From IMG/VR virus record IMGVR_UViG_3300021478_000003, positions 1 to 62,244 of that record: DNA of 62,244 nucleotides, one strand, 5' to 3'. Below are positions 39,008 to 46,640 of this stretch, piece by piece. The first letter of the stretch is position 1; the number at the start of each line of letters is the position of its first letter. This DNA comes from a virus. Lineage: Duplodnaviria; Caudoviricetes. Below the pieces are notes generated by a model that did not search any database, was not told the DNA's origin, and saw only the letters and a list, made by a program, of their open reading frames with translations. The translations under genes and the position numbers were made by a program.

Positions 39008-39775
39008 ATGTACACATTCCGAGTGCGATACCCGACCGGGGAGTACCACGATGTCGAGGCCGACGATGTGGTCTTGGCGCTTAACCAGTTCAATCTGGCC
39101 CAGCGCAGGAATATCACCCGCGTCACTCGTCTAGGCGTAGTGGAGCGGCCGCAGTCCTACCGCGCCACGTTCTGCAATACACCGGACGCAGTGTTTGAAG
39201 CGACCAACTTCAGCGCGGCGTCTAAATACGTGGTGGAATCCTACCGTGATCGGCAATGCACCGGCCTGGCACTGGAACCTGCACAGCCAGCGCCGAGCGG
39301 CTGGGCCAGCGTCGATACATCGTCCGACGATACGACTGTCGTGCAGCCTATCTTCCGCTTCCGCTCGGGCAACGGGATACTCCGGCACTACAAGGCTGAC
39401 ACCGTGGGCGACGCGGCCCAGCGCATGCTGAAGGATCACCCCGGTGTACACGTGGAAGGGGTCGACGCTAACCTGCGTGACGGCAAGGGCTGGCGCGTTC
39501 TCACCCCACACATGGGAAGCTGGGTGCTGCCAGCCCAGACCAGCGCCGAGCAGTTGCAGAAGTTCGGCGAAGCTGTTCAGACCGGCGACGCGGTGGCGTG
39601 CGATCAGTGCGCCGAGCCAGTGAAAACCGAATGCTGTGTCGCTGTCGTCAAGTCATTGCTGGGCGTGGAACTGTACGGACCTTTTAACAGTATGGACGAA
39701 GCCCGCGCTTTCATTGATAAGCTGCCGATGCAGGCAGAAGCACACTACGTCAACACGCCGCCGACCGGCGACTAG
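39008..39775 (+). CDS. Hypothetical early protein with repeated small domains
   Basis: AAGGAG RBS before ATG 39008. Confidence 0.7.
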   Translation: MYTFRVRYPTGEYHDVEADDVVLALNQFNLAQRRNITRVTRLGVVERPQSYRATFCNTPDAVFEATNFSAASKYVVESYRDRQCTGLALEPAQPAPSGWASVDTSSDDTTVVQPIFRFRSGNGILRHYKADTVGDAAQRMLKDHPGVHVEGVDANLRDGKGWRVLTPHMGSWVLPAQTSAEQLQKFGEAVQTGDAVACDQCAEPVKTECCVAVVKSLLGVELYGPFNSMDEARAFIDKLPMQAEAHYVNTPPTGD

Positions 39776-39802
39776 ACATCTGGTCGGTAGCAACCAACTG
39801 TC
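39775..39802. promoter_or_regulatory. 28-bp palindrome, copy 4
   Basis: GACATCTGGTCG-gtag-CAACCAACTGTC; overlaps the upstream TAG. Confidence 0.8.
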
Positions 39803-39854
39803 CAACACATACGCGGTGCTAGAATAGGCCGCGTATCTTTTAAGGAGAACTAAC

Positions 39855-40001
39855 GTGAGTCGCAAACACTTCAAGCTGGTCGCCGAAGCCATAGCAGGCA
39901 TCCGCGATCTGGAAGAACGTAAGCGCATGGCGCAACTGATGGCCGGTGTCTGCCGCCAATGCAATGAACGCTTCATGGATGCATGCGGGGTGGCATCGTG
40001 A
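39855..40001 (+). CDS. Small early protein (48 aa)
   Basis: TAAGGAG RBS, GTG start; MSRKHFKLVAEAI...RF..ACG. Confidence 0.65.
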   Translation: MSRKHFKLVAEAIAGIRDLEERKRMAQLMAGVCRQCNERFMDACGVAS

Positions 40002-40219
40002 GCCGCGTCGAGATTACCATCATAGCCGTGGCGCTGATGATAAGCGCCGTGACTATCGGTGTCATTGGTGGCATTGGCTATATAGTGGACTCGTATAGCT
40101 GCCGCGCCAAGACCCAAGACATTGGGCTTGCGTATCGCTATCAGTATATCGGCGGTTGCCAGATCGAAGTCAAGCGTGGCATCTGGATTCCATTGGCCAA
40201 CTATCGAGTGGTGCCATGA
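39998..40219 (+). CDS. Small membrane protein
   Basis: TM followed by SC...Y.Y..GC.I....WIP..NYR. Confidence 0.65.
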   Translation: MSRVEITIIAVALMISAVTIGVIGGIGYIVDSYSCRAKTQDIGLAYRYQYIGGCQIEVKRGIWIPLANYRVVP

Positions 40220-40283
40220 ACTGGCTCGTGAAGTACTATTGGGCGGTCATTATTATTTGCCTCATCATCGTCGGCTGGCCGGA

Positions 40284-40493
40284 ATGACAGACCTCACCTT
40301 CCACGCACCCATACTCACGCCATTGTGGATCGCGGAGGTGACGGATGAGGACGGCGCAAGGGTCTTGGTGCTCAACTGCCAGGACGACATGGTGTTCGAA
40401 TTACCCGGAGGGATTACTCCGCAGACGCAAATGTGGGCGCGGCATATCGTCACGCTCTTCAACGAAGACTTCACTGGAAGGAAGATGCAATGA
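40284..40493 (+). CDS. Hypothetical protein
   Basis: Translationally coupled to the next ORF. Confidence 0.5.
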   Translation: MTDLTFHAPILTPLWIAEVTDEDGARVLVLNCQDDMVFELPGGITPQTQMWARHIVTLFNEDFTGRKMQ

Positions 40494-40666
40494 CCAATCA
40501 ATCCAACAAACCCCTGTCGCGTAACGACAAGTTGCTGGCCAAGGCAGCCGAGCTGGACGCCGAGGCTGACTCGCTCAACGCCAAGGCCAAGCGGCAGCAG
40601 GATCAGGCGTGCAAGTTGCGTGTCGAGGCCAACAAGATCAGGGACAACTTGAAGGGAGACACCTAG
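40490..40666 (+). CDS. Small coiled-coil protein
   Basis: ATGA coupling; Ala/Lys heptads. Confidence 0.55.
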   Translation: MTNQSNKPLSRNDKLLAKAAELDAEADSLNAKAKRQQDQACKLRVEANKIRDNLKGDT

Positions 40667-40667
40667 C

Positions 40668-40916
40668 ATGCACCCGACTGCCGCAACGCTTGCCTTGTGC
40701 GGGTTCAAGCCCTACCTCAATTACACTGACTGCCGGTATCGCATCAAGCGTGGGCAGAAGAATGGTGAACCCATGCTTACGTTCTCCAATCTACACGGCT
40801 GGCACACCACGCACGGCGCATCGCTGAAGGAATACTCGGAGATAGAGTGGGGAGTCATTGCACCGATCATGGGTGAGATATCCCAGAACGATCTTGACTG
40901 GCTGTTGAATCAATAG
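40668..40916 (+). CDS. LxLxG paralog family member (subfamily A)
   Basis: TLALCGFKPY..RIKRG..EPML.F..W..LKEYSEIEW. Confidence 0.72.
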   Translation: MHPTAATLALCGFKPYLNYTDCRYRIKRGQKNGEPMLTFSNLHGWHTTHGASLKEYSEIEWGVIAPIMGEISQNDLDWLLNQ

Positions 40917-40943
40917 ACACTTGGTTGCTACCGACCACATGTC
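40916..40943. promoter_or_regulatory. 28-bp palindrome, copy 5
   Basis: GACACTTGGTTG-ctac-CGACCACATGTC; overlaps the upstream TAG. Confidence 0.8.
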
Positions 40944-40966
40944 TTTCACTTGTTAGGAGAAGAACC

Positions 40967-41344
40967 ATGTTCACATATGCAGACTTCACATCGCAGCGCT
41001 GCACGGCCGCTCAGTATATCGGGCAGTTCGTCGACGACAACGTGCGCCGCTGCGTCACCAAATACATCTCCATCAAGAAGCTGATGGAGACACCATCGTG
41101 CGACGACATCGATGAGCTGGTGTGGGTAGCGATTGCCACCTGCGTCACGCCATTCGTCGCCGCGCCTATTATCCAGTCCGGCTACCCGCATTGCGACGGC
41201 GAGCTGGTGGTGCAGATAGCCCAGTGTGCCGCGTCCCAGATGCGCAAGGCAGCGCTGCACTTCAGTGGCGACAGCGACGACGCCCGCCTCCAGATACAGG
41301 CGTTCAAGATCATGAAGGAATGCCTTGCTCGGGTGATGCGGTGA
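40967..41344 (+). CDS. Hypothetical protein
   Basis: AGGAGA RBS. Confidence 0.7.
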   Translation: MFTYADFTSQRCTAAQYIGQFVDDNVRRCVTKYISIKKLMETPSCDDIDELVWVAIATCVTPFVAAPIIQSGYPHCDGELVVQIAQCAASQMRKAALHFSGDSDDARLQIQAFKIMKECLARVMR

Positions 41345-41604
41345 GCAGGTGGGAAGAGATTGTCATGATGTGCACGCTGCTAGGCATCAAGCCCTACCTG
41401 CACACCATGGCCACTTACGATAGGCTTCGTCTCAAGCGTGGGCTGCACGACTGCGAGAAAGTTCTCACGTGTATAGGTGGCATCTGGGGTACGGCCAGCA
41501 GCATGCCTCTTCACAATTACGTCCCCATCAGTTGGGGGGAGGCGTGCGTGACGGACCTGCTGCAGTTGGGTGAAGCCGACATTGAATACATGAGGGAGGG
41601 ATAG
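41341..41604 (+). CDS. LxLxG paralog family member (subfamily A)
   Basis: GTGA coupling; CTLLGIKPY..RLKRG..EKVL..W..LHNYVPISW. Confidence 0.7.
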   Translation: MSRWEEIVMMCTLLGIKPYLHTMATYDRLRLKRGLHDCEKVLTCIGGIWGTASSMPLHNYVPISWGEACVTDLLQLGEADIEYMREG

Positions 41605-41606
41605 CC

Positions 41607-41876
41607 ATGATCCGCAGCGAAGAGATGTGGCTCACACTGCGGCTGATGGGCCTGCGCATCTACACGTCACAGGTCAGTTGCCCCACCGTTCAGAGCCTGC
41701 GTATCATGCGAGGCCAACGTGGGTACGAACGCATGCTGCGCTTTGAGGGTGACAAGTGGGTCGTGCGGCGTTCTATCGAGCTGAGTAATTACAAGGAGGT
41801 CGGGCGTCTCGCCATTACAAGAGAGCCGCTGATGATGCTCACCTATGAATTGCTTGACGTATTCAAGGAGGGATAG
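41607..41876 (+). CDS. LxLxG paralog family member (subfamily A)
   Basis: TLRLMGLRIY..RIMRG..ERML.F..W..LSNYKEV. Confidence 0.72.
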   Translation: MIRSEEMWLTLRLMGLRIYTSQVSCPTVQSLRIMRGQRGYERMLRFEGDKWVVRRSIELSNYKEVGRLAITREPLMMLTYELLDVFKEG

Positions 41877-41877
41877 C

Positions 41878-42150
41878 ATGCACCCTATCGCACTGATCCT
41901 TTCGTTGAAGGGATACAGGCTGTATCGGTTCGAGCCAGGTGTAGGTATGAATACCGGTATCGACAAGTTGTTGCGCATCAAGCAGCAGACACGGCCAGGT
42001 GAAGACATGCTGTCATACCATAATCTACAGTGGATGCGTGTAGATAAACTTTCGTTTGAGCTGGAGCACTACAGCGAGCTGCCGTGGGCCTCAATCGACC
42101 AGTCCATCCTTGATTCAATCACGGATGAAATGATAAACGCACTACCCTGA
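41878..42150 (+). CDS. LxLxG paralog family member (subfamily A)
   Basis: ILSLKGYRLY..RIKQ..EDML.Y..W..LEHYSELPW. Confidence 0.72.
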   Translation: MHPIALILSLKGYRLYRFEPGVGMNTGIDKLLRIKQQTRPGEDMLSYHNLQWMRVDKLSFELEHYSELPWASIDQSILDSITDEMINALP

Positions 42151-42176
42151 CATCTGGTTGCGGGCAACCAAGTGTC
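42149..42176. promoter_or_regulatory. 28-bp palindrome, copy 6
   Basis: GACATCTGGTTG-cggg-CAACCAAGTGTC; overlaps the upstream TGA. Confidence 0.8.
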
Positions 42177-42197
42177 TCAACTTGCTAGGAGAACGTC

Positions 42198-42485
42198 ATG
42201 GAACTGAACACCATCAATATCATCAACAAGACCGGCGACGAGCCAGAGCCGAACATGATGCAAGATGTACTCGCCCATTGCCAGGGTCATCTGGTCGGCG
42301 GCTACAAGATCGACATCAATGTCAACCAACGCACGCCTGTCGACGCGCCGCCCCAAGATCGCCCGGGCTGGCTGCAGTTCGAGATCGTTGTGTACTTCAA
42401 CAAGCTGTCGCCTTTGCGCATCACTGCGATGCAGCGGCATCTTGGCGCATCCACTGAATTCCATCCTGATCGTGAGTACGCCTAA
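42198..42485 (+). CDS. Hypothetical protein
   Basis: AGGAGA RBS. Confidence 0.7.
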   Translation: MELNTINIINKTGDEPEPNMMQDVLAHCQGHLVGGYKIDINVNQRTPVDAPPQDRPGWLQFEIVVYFNKLSPLRITAMQRHLGASTEFHPDREYA

Positions 42486-42717
42486 CAAGAGCGATCAGCA
42501 AGAGATCGCGGACTATGTGAACGAGTATCTTGCGAACGACTCGCTCACTTACCAAGCCGATGCCCACGCGGAAGAGTGCCAACGCTGGGCTAAGGCGCTC
42601 GCCCCGCGCTGTACACCGCGTCCTGTCTTGAGGCCCAGTCGCCGGCCGCTGGTAATCAAGACCGTAGTTGCGGCGTGCGTGGTGGCCGTATTATGGGTGA
42701 CGCTGCATTTTTTGTGA
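42472..42717 (+). CDS. Small protein with C-terminal TM
   Basis: GTG start; hydrophobic C-terminus. Confidence 0.5.
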   Translation: MSTPNKSDQQEIADYVNEYLANDSLTYQADAHAEECQRWAKALAPRCTPRPVLRPSRRPLVIKTVVAACVVAVLWVTLHFL

Positions 42718-42744
42718 TGATAGATTTGAACAAGGGAGGCAATC

Positions 42745-43389
42745 ATGCCGCAAACACGTGAGATACAAGTGTACGATTACGACGAACTATCGACCACGGC
42801 CAAGGCTCGTGCGCTCGACTGGTTCAGGGATCGCTATCTCGATGATGACTGGTCCGATGTCATGTTGGACGACGCCACCATGGTACTATCGCACCTCGGT
42901 CTTGAGCCGGTCAGCGGTCGCGGTAAGCTGGGCTTTCAGTTCGCGCTCGGCGAGGCGCTGGTGTTCGATGCTAACTGGGTGGCGCATCAAGTCACGATAC
43001 CCGGCTTAGTAGGGTATATACCTGAAGCCAGCAACAAGCGCGAGGACGATGTGGTGGACATCTCTGCGGTGTGCGTTGAGCTGTCGGCCATCGCGCTCAA
43101 GTTCCCAGAGGGTACAGGGCAGATACGGATCAGCGGGCGTAGCATCATGTCGAAACACATGACGTTTGAATTTGAAACCAACATCGTGGCAGGCGATACG
43201 CTGGAGCACGACGCGGCCGAGCAGCGCATGTCGGAGTTGTGGCAAGACGTGTGCATCTGGGTGCACAAGAAGCTGGAAAGGGAATACGAGTACGTGACGT
43301 CCGAGTCCGAGCTGGAGGGCGGTATCCGTCACCTTGGTATCGAGTGGCACAAGGATGGCAAGATGTTCGCCATACCACCACACGCTTGA
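42745..43389 (+). CDS. Protein resembling the family annotated as 'antitoxin of toxin-antitoxin stability system'
   Basis: VY.YDELS..AKARA.DWFR and LEREYEY.TS.....I......W..DG termini. Confidence 0.6.
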   Translation: MPQTREIQVYDYDELSTTAKARALDWFRDRYLDDDWSDVMLDDATMVLSHLGLEPVSGRGKLGFQFALGEALVFDANWVAHQVTIPGLVGYIPEASNKREDDVVDISAVCVELSAIALKFPEGTGQIRISGRSIMSKHMTFEFETNIVAGDTLEHDAAEQRMSELWQDVCIWVHKKLEREYEYVTSESELEGGIRHLGIEWHKDGKMFAIPPHA

Positions 43390-43459
43390 TCGATTCTTTA
43401 AACCGTTTTAAAGTAGTGACCGCTGCCACTCATTGCAGCTAACTCGATAGGAGAAAATC

Positions 43460-44485
43460 GTGAGCAATTACATCAATAGCAACCTGCTGTATCGTCTGTC
43501 CATCTCGACATGGACGGCACGCAAGAAAGACAAAGATCAGTCGGCCAAGGTGAACACCGAAGCCGGTGCCAGCGAAGGCGCAGCCAATGTCTACAAGCAA
43601 CTGCTGCCCGACTCCAAGGAACTGGACGACGTGCAGAAGTGCGCAACCTCCATCCGCACCTGGGTGTACCATAATACTTCGCCGTGGGATGATGGCGGCT
43701 GGCGTATCGGCCAGTGCTCACGTCACATGGACTTCATGCGTGAGGCTGGCGACAAGATGCGTGAGTACGATGAGCTGGTCGACAAGCTGGTCAACGTCTA
43801 CGCTCAGGCTGTGCAGAATGCCAAGTTCACGCTGGCCGACATGTACAATGAAGACGACTACCCCGGCGTCAACGAAGTACGTGCCAAATACGCGATCAAT
43901 GTCGACGTGAAGTCGCTGCCGAACGTGGAAGACTTCCGTGTGGTCGACGGTATCCCGCAAGAAGAGGTCGACCGCTTGCTCGCTTCGGCCAAGGCAGATG
44001 TCGATGAGCGCGTCAGCGCCGCCATGGAGTCGGCATACTCACGCCTGTTCGACGTGGTATCCAAGATGGCATCGACGTTGACTGCATACGGCGAGAAAGA
44101 TATCAAGAAGTTCAACGATACCTTAACCGGCAACATCTCGGCGCTGATCGCAGTGATGCCGGGGCTGAACATCACCAACGATCCGAAGTTGGCCGCGCTC
44201 GCCGATGAAGCTAAGCGCTTGCTCGACTACGACCTCGGCGATCTGCGCAAGGATGAAGGCGCACGCAAGTGCGCTATCGAAGACGCGACCAAGCTGGTCA
44301 AGAAGTTCGGTCGCGGACATGAGGTTGTCGAACAACCAGTTGTCCTCGCCACCACGTCGCAAGCCGTGGCGTCGCTGAACAAACTGTCGGCCGCGATGAA
44401 GCGCCATGGCGAGAGTGCGCCTAAGTCGCCGGTCTTGACTGACGACGATGCTGACCTGTTGTCGTCCATGTCGGGAGATGACTGA
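43460..44485 (+). CDS. DUF3150-like protein
   Basis: L.IS.W.ARKKD, T.PW.D.G.R, Y...DYP....VR.K, LNITNDP.L; sits upstream of the AAA ATPase. Confidence 0.65.
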   Translation: MSNYINSNLLYRLSISTWTARKKDKDQSAKVNTEAGASEGAANVYKQLLPDSKELDDVQKCATSIRTWVYHNTSPWDDGGWRIGQCSRHMDFMREAGDKMREYDELVDKLVNVYAQAVQNAKFTLADMYNEDDYPGVNEVRAKYAINVDVKSLPNVEDFRVVDGIPQEEVDRLLASAKADVDERVSAAMESAYSRLFDVVSKMASTLTAYGEKDIKKFNDTLTGNISALIAVMPGLNITNDPKLAALADEAKRLLDYDLGDLRKDEGARKCAIEDATKLVKKFGRGHEVVEQPVVLATTSQAVASLNKLSAAMKRHGESAPKSPVLTDDDADLLSSMSGDD

Positions 44486-44715
44486 TGGATGCCCCGCGTC
44501 CAGCACAGGGGCATCCGGGGGAAAGGTTCATCGCCCGCATCTGGTTTTTGGAGCTGTCGGTGGCGATAGCCCAGCTTCACCCGAACAAGTGCGGCGAGGC
44601 AGGGAAGGTCGCGCTGACGCAGAGTAGCCTGTTCATGCCGCGCTCTCGGCACTGACTTAGTTTCAAGACCGTAGTTCAAACTTTCGCACCACCACTCGAT
44701 AGGAGATTTTCAATC

Positions 44716-45846
44716 ATGGCAACACGTCTCAACGATTTACCACAGGTTCTGATCCGCAACTACTTCGCTGGCATCTCGACCTTCATCCACGGCAAGCCTG
44801 CGCTGGGTAAGACCGATACCATCATGGCGTTCGGAGAGAAGATGAAGGCCAAGCTGGGCGAGCGCGGCGAGGACTTCCGGGTGTGGCTGTTCTACGCACC
44901 TACCATGTCGCCGATGGACATCCAAGCGTCGGCCCCGAACTACGAGACCGGCAAGCTGGACCTGTACAACAACGTGGCTCTGCCGAACGCTTACGATGAG
45001 ACCGATGAGGTCAAGTTCAAGGGCGTGATCTTTTTCGGCGAGATGACCAACGCCGATCCGTCGACCATCAAGCTGTTGCAGAAGTACGTGAACCGTGAAG
45101 ACATGAACGGCAAGCTGAAGCTGCCTGACGGCGTGCAGGTAATCGTGGACGGCAACCGGATCGAAGACAAGTCCGGCGTGCAGCAGCAGGGCCGTGCGTT
45201 CATGTCGCGCTTCGAGCATATCGAGGTCTACAGCGAAGCGCAGGACAACATCAACTTCGCGGCGCGCAACGAGTGGCACCCTAACGTCCAGACGTATTTC
45301 AAGGACCATCCGGGCGACATCGACAACTACGACGAAGTGTTCCAGACTTCCGGCTCGGTCAACAAGGTCTCCGGTAAAGCCAACAGCGGCTTGATGGCCG
45401 AGGAAGGCCGCAAGGGTATCTGGGCATCCATGCGTAGCTGGAAGCGCATCAGCGACAAGGAAAAGGTGGCTGACCAACTGAAGTCGCCGATGACCCTGGG
45501 CGAGATGACCGGCAATCTGGGCAGCGGCGTCGGTGCATCGTACATGGCGCATCGCGACTTGATCGGCCGGCTTGCGTCGTTCGATGAAGTCATGGCCAAC
45601 GCGGAACATATCGACCTGCCTACCAAGATCGATGAACAGTACATCTTATCGCTGCTGGTGGCCATGCGTTGCAAGCCGGAGCAGATGGATACCGTGAAGG
45701 CGTTCGGTGTTCGCATGCCGATGGAAATGCAGGCAGTCATGCTGCGCAATCTGGCATGCCGTAAGGGCTTCAACCTGCACCACTCGGCAGCCTACAAGGA
45801 CTGGATATCCAATCCGGAAATCGTGCAGCTTATCAACGGCCGCTAA
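44716..45846 (+). CDS. AAA+ ATPase (MoxR-related)
   Basis: Walker A GKPALGKT, GNR.ED sensor, SRF arginine finger, SMRSW; Walker B reads VIFFGE. Confidence 0.82.
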   Translation: MATRLNDLPQVLIRNYFAGISTFIHGKPALGKTDTIMAFGEKMKAKLGERGEDFRVWLFYAPTMSPMDIQASAPNYETGKLDLYNNVALPNAYDETDEVKFKGVIFFGEMTNADPSTIKLLQKYVNREDMNGKLKLPDGVQVIVDGNRIEDKSGVQQQGRAFMSRFEHIEVYSEAQDNINFAARNEWHPNVQTYFKDHPGDIDNYDEVFQTSGSVNKVSGKANSGLMAEEGRKGIWASMRSWKRISDKEKVADQLKSPMTLGEMTGNLGSGVGASYMAHRDLIGRLASFDEVMANAEHIDLPTKIDEQYILSLLVAMRCKPEQMDTVKAFGVRMPMEMQAVMLRNLACRKGFNLHHSAAYKDWISNPEIVQLINGR

Positions 45847-45855
45847 TCAAACTCG

Positions 45856-45883
45856 GACATCTGGTTGCACCCGACCAGTTGTC
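45856..45883. promoter_or_regulatory. 28-bp palindrome, copy 7
   Basis: GACATCTGGTTG-cacc-CGACCAGTTGTC. Confidence 0.8.
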
Positions 45884-45898
45884 CAACTGGAGAACACC

Positions 45899-46318
45899 AT
45901 GCAAGTAACGAATTGGTTTATCGCGGACCCCGATCATAAGGGGTGGTATCAAGTCCGTAACGATATAGTTAAGGCGCAGCTATACCGTTACTGGGCCGGA
46001 GATGGTACCTGGAGTAACGCGCTAACCGAAAAAGATTTCAAGTCGCTGTCGCCGTCCACTGAAATCATCACGTGCTATCTCAACTACAGAGTCGAGTGGC
46101 GTGGGGTACCCGATGCGCCGCGCCACACGTATGCCTTTGATGTAGACATCACGGGCTCGTTTGAGATTGAAGCGCGTGACATTGACGAAGCGAAAGCAAT
46201 GATCCAAGGATGGCTCACGAACGTTGAAGGTTTCAATACCGGCAAAGGTTTTGAAGTAAGCCTGTACGGCGATACTGATATGGCAGTCCTTGAATCGGTC
46301 GACGGTATCAGGCAGTAG
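45899..46318 (+). CDS. Hypothetical two-domain protein
   Basis: GGAG RBS; P.H.GWY.V...RYW.G..W...WRG module plus an IEA.DI.EA module. Confidence 0.7.
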   Translation: MQVTNWFIADPDHKGWYQVRNDIVKAQLYRYWAGDGTWSNALTEKDFKSLSPSTEIITCYLNYRVEWRGVPDAPRHTYAFDVDITGSFEIEARDIDEAKAMIQGWLTNVEGFNTGKGFEVSLYGDTDMAVLESVDGIRQ

Positions 46319-46320
46319 CC

Positions 46321-46623
46321 ATGCACTCGAACGCCGCGTTCCTCGCGCTCAACGGGTGCATACTTGCTGTGCCCAAGGGAGCGCCGAGGAACTACAGGAT
46401 ATTTTCTCGGCGTGAGACGCGCAACCCGATGATGCTGAGATACGAGGATAACAGCCGCTGGGTTGCGTCACCACTATCTATCAAACAGGGAGAATATAAT
46501 CGCCTCATTAACGGTGAGGTGTACGTCACGCAAGATTGGGATTACATCCCCGACGATGTGATGGATCGCATGAGCGATAAAGCTATTGAAGAATTTCTCG
46601 GCATACCCCGAGGCTGGATATAA
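46321..46623 (+). CDS. LxLxG paralog family member (divergent subfamily A)
   Basis: FLALNGC..YRI..PMMLRY..W..QDWDYIP. Confidence 0.65.
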   Translation: MHSNAAFLALNGCILAVPKGAPRNYRIFSRRETRNPMMLRYEDNSRWVASPLSIKQGEYNRLINGEVYVTQDWDYIPDDVMDRMSDKAIEEFLGIPRGWI

Positions 46624-46640
46624 CTTGCTAGGAGAAAGAG

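Noticed and set aside
36268-45884. Palindromic 28-bp repeats as a CRISPR array
   Set aside because: Copies are roughly 0.8-3.7 kb apart, separated by whole genes, and degenerate. No cas operon is present; the Cas4-like nuclease sits in the replication module.
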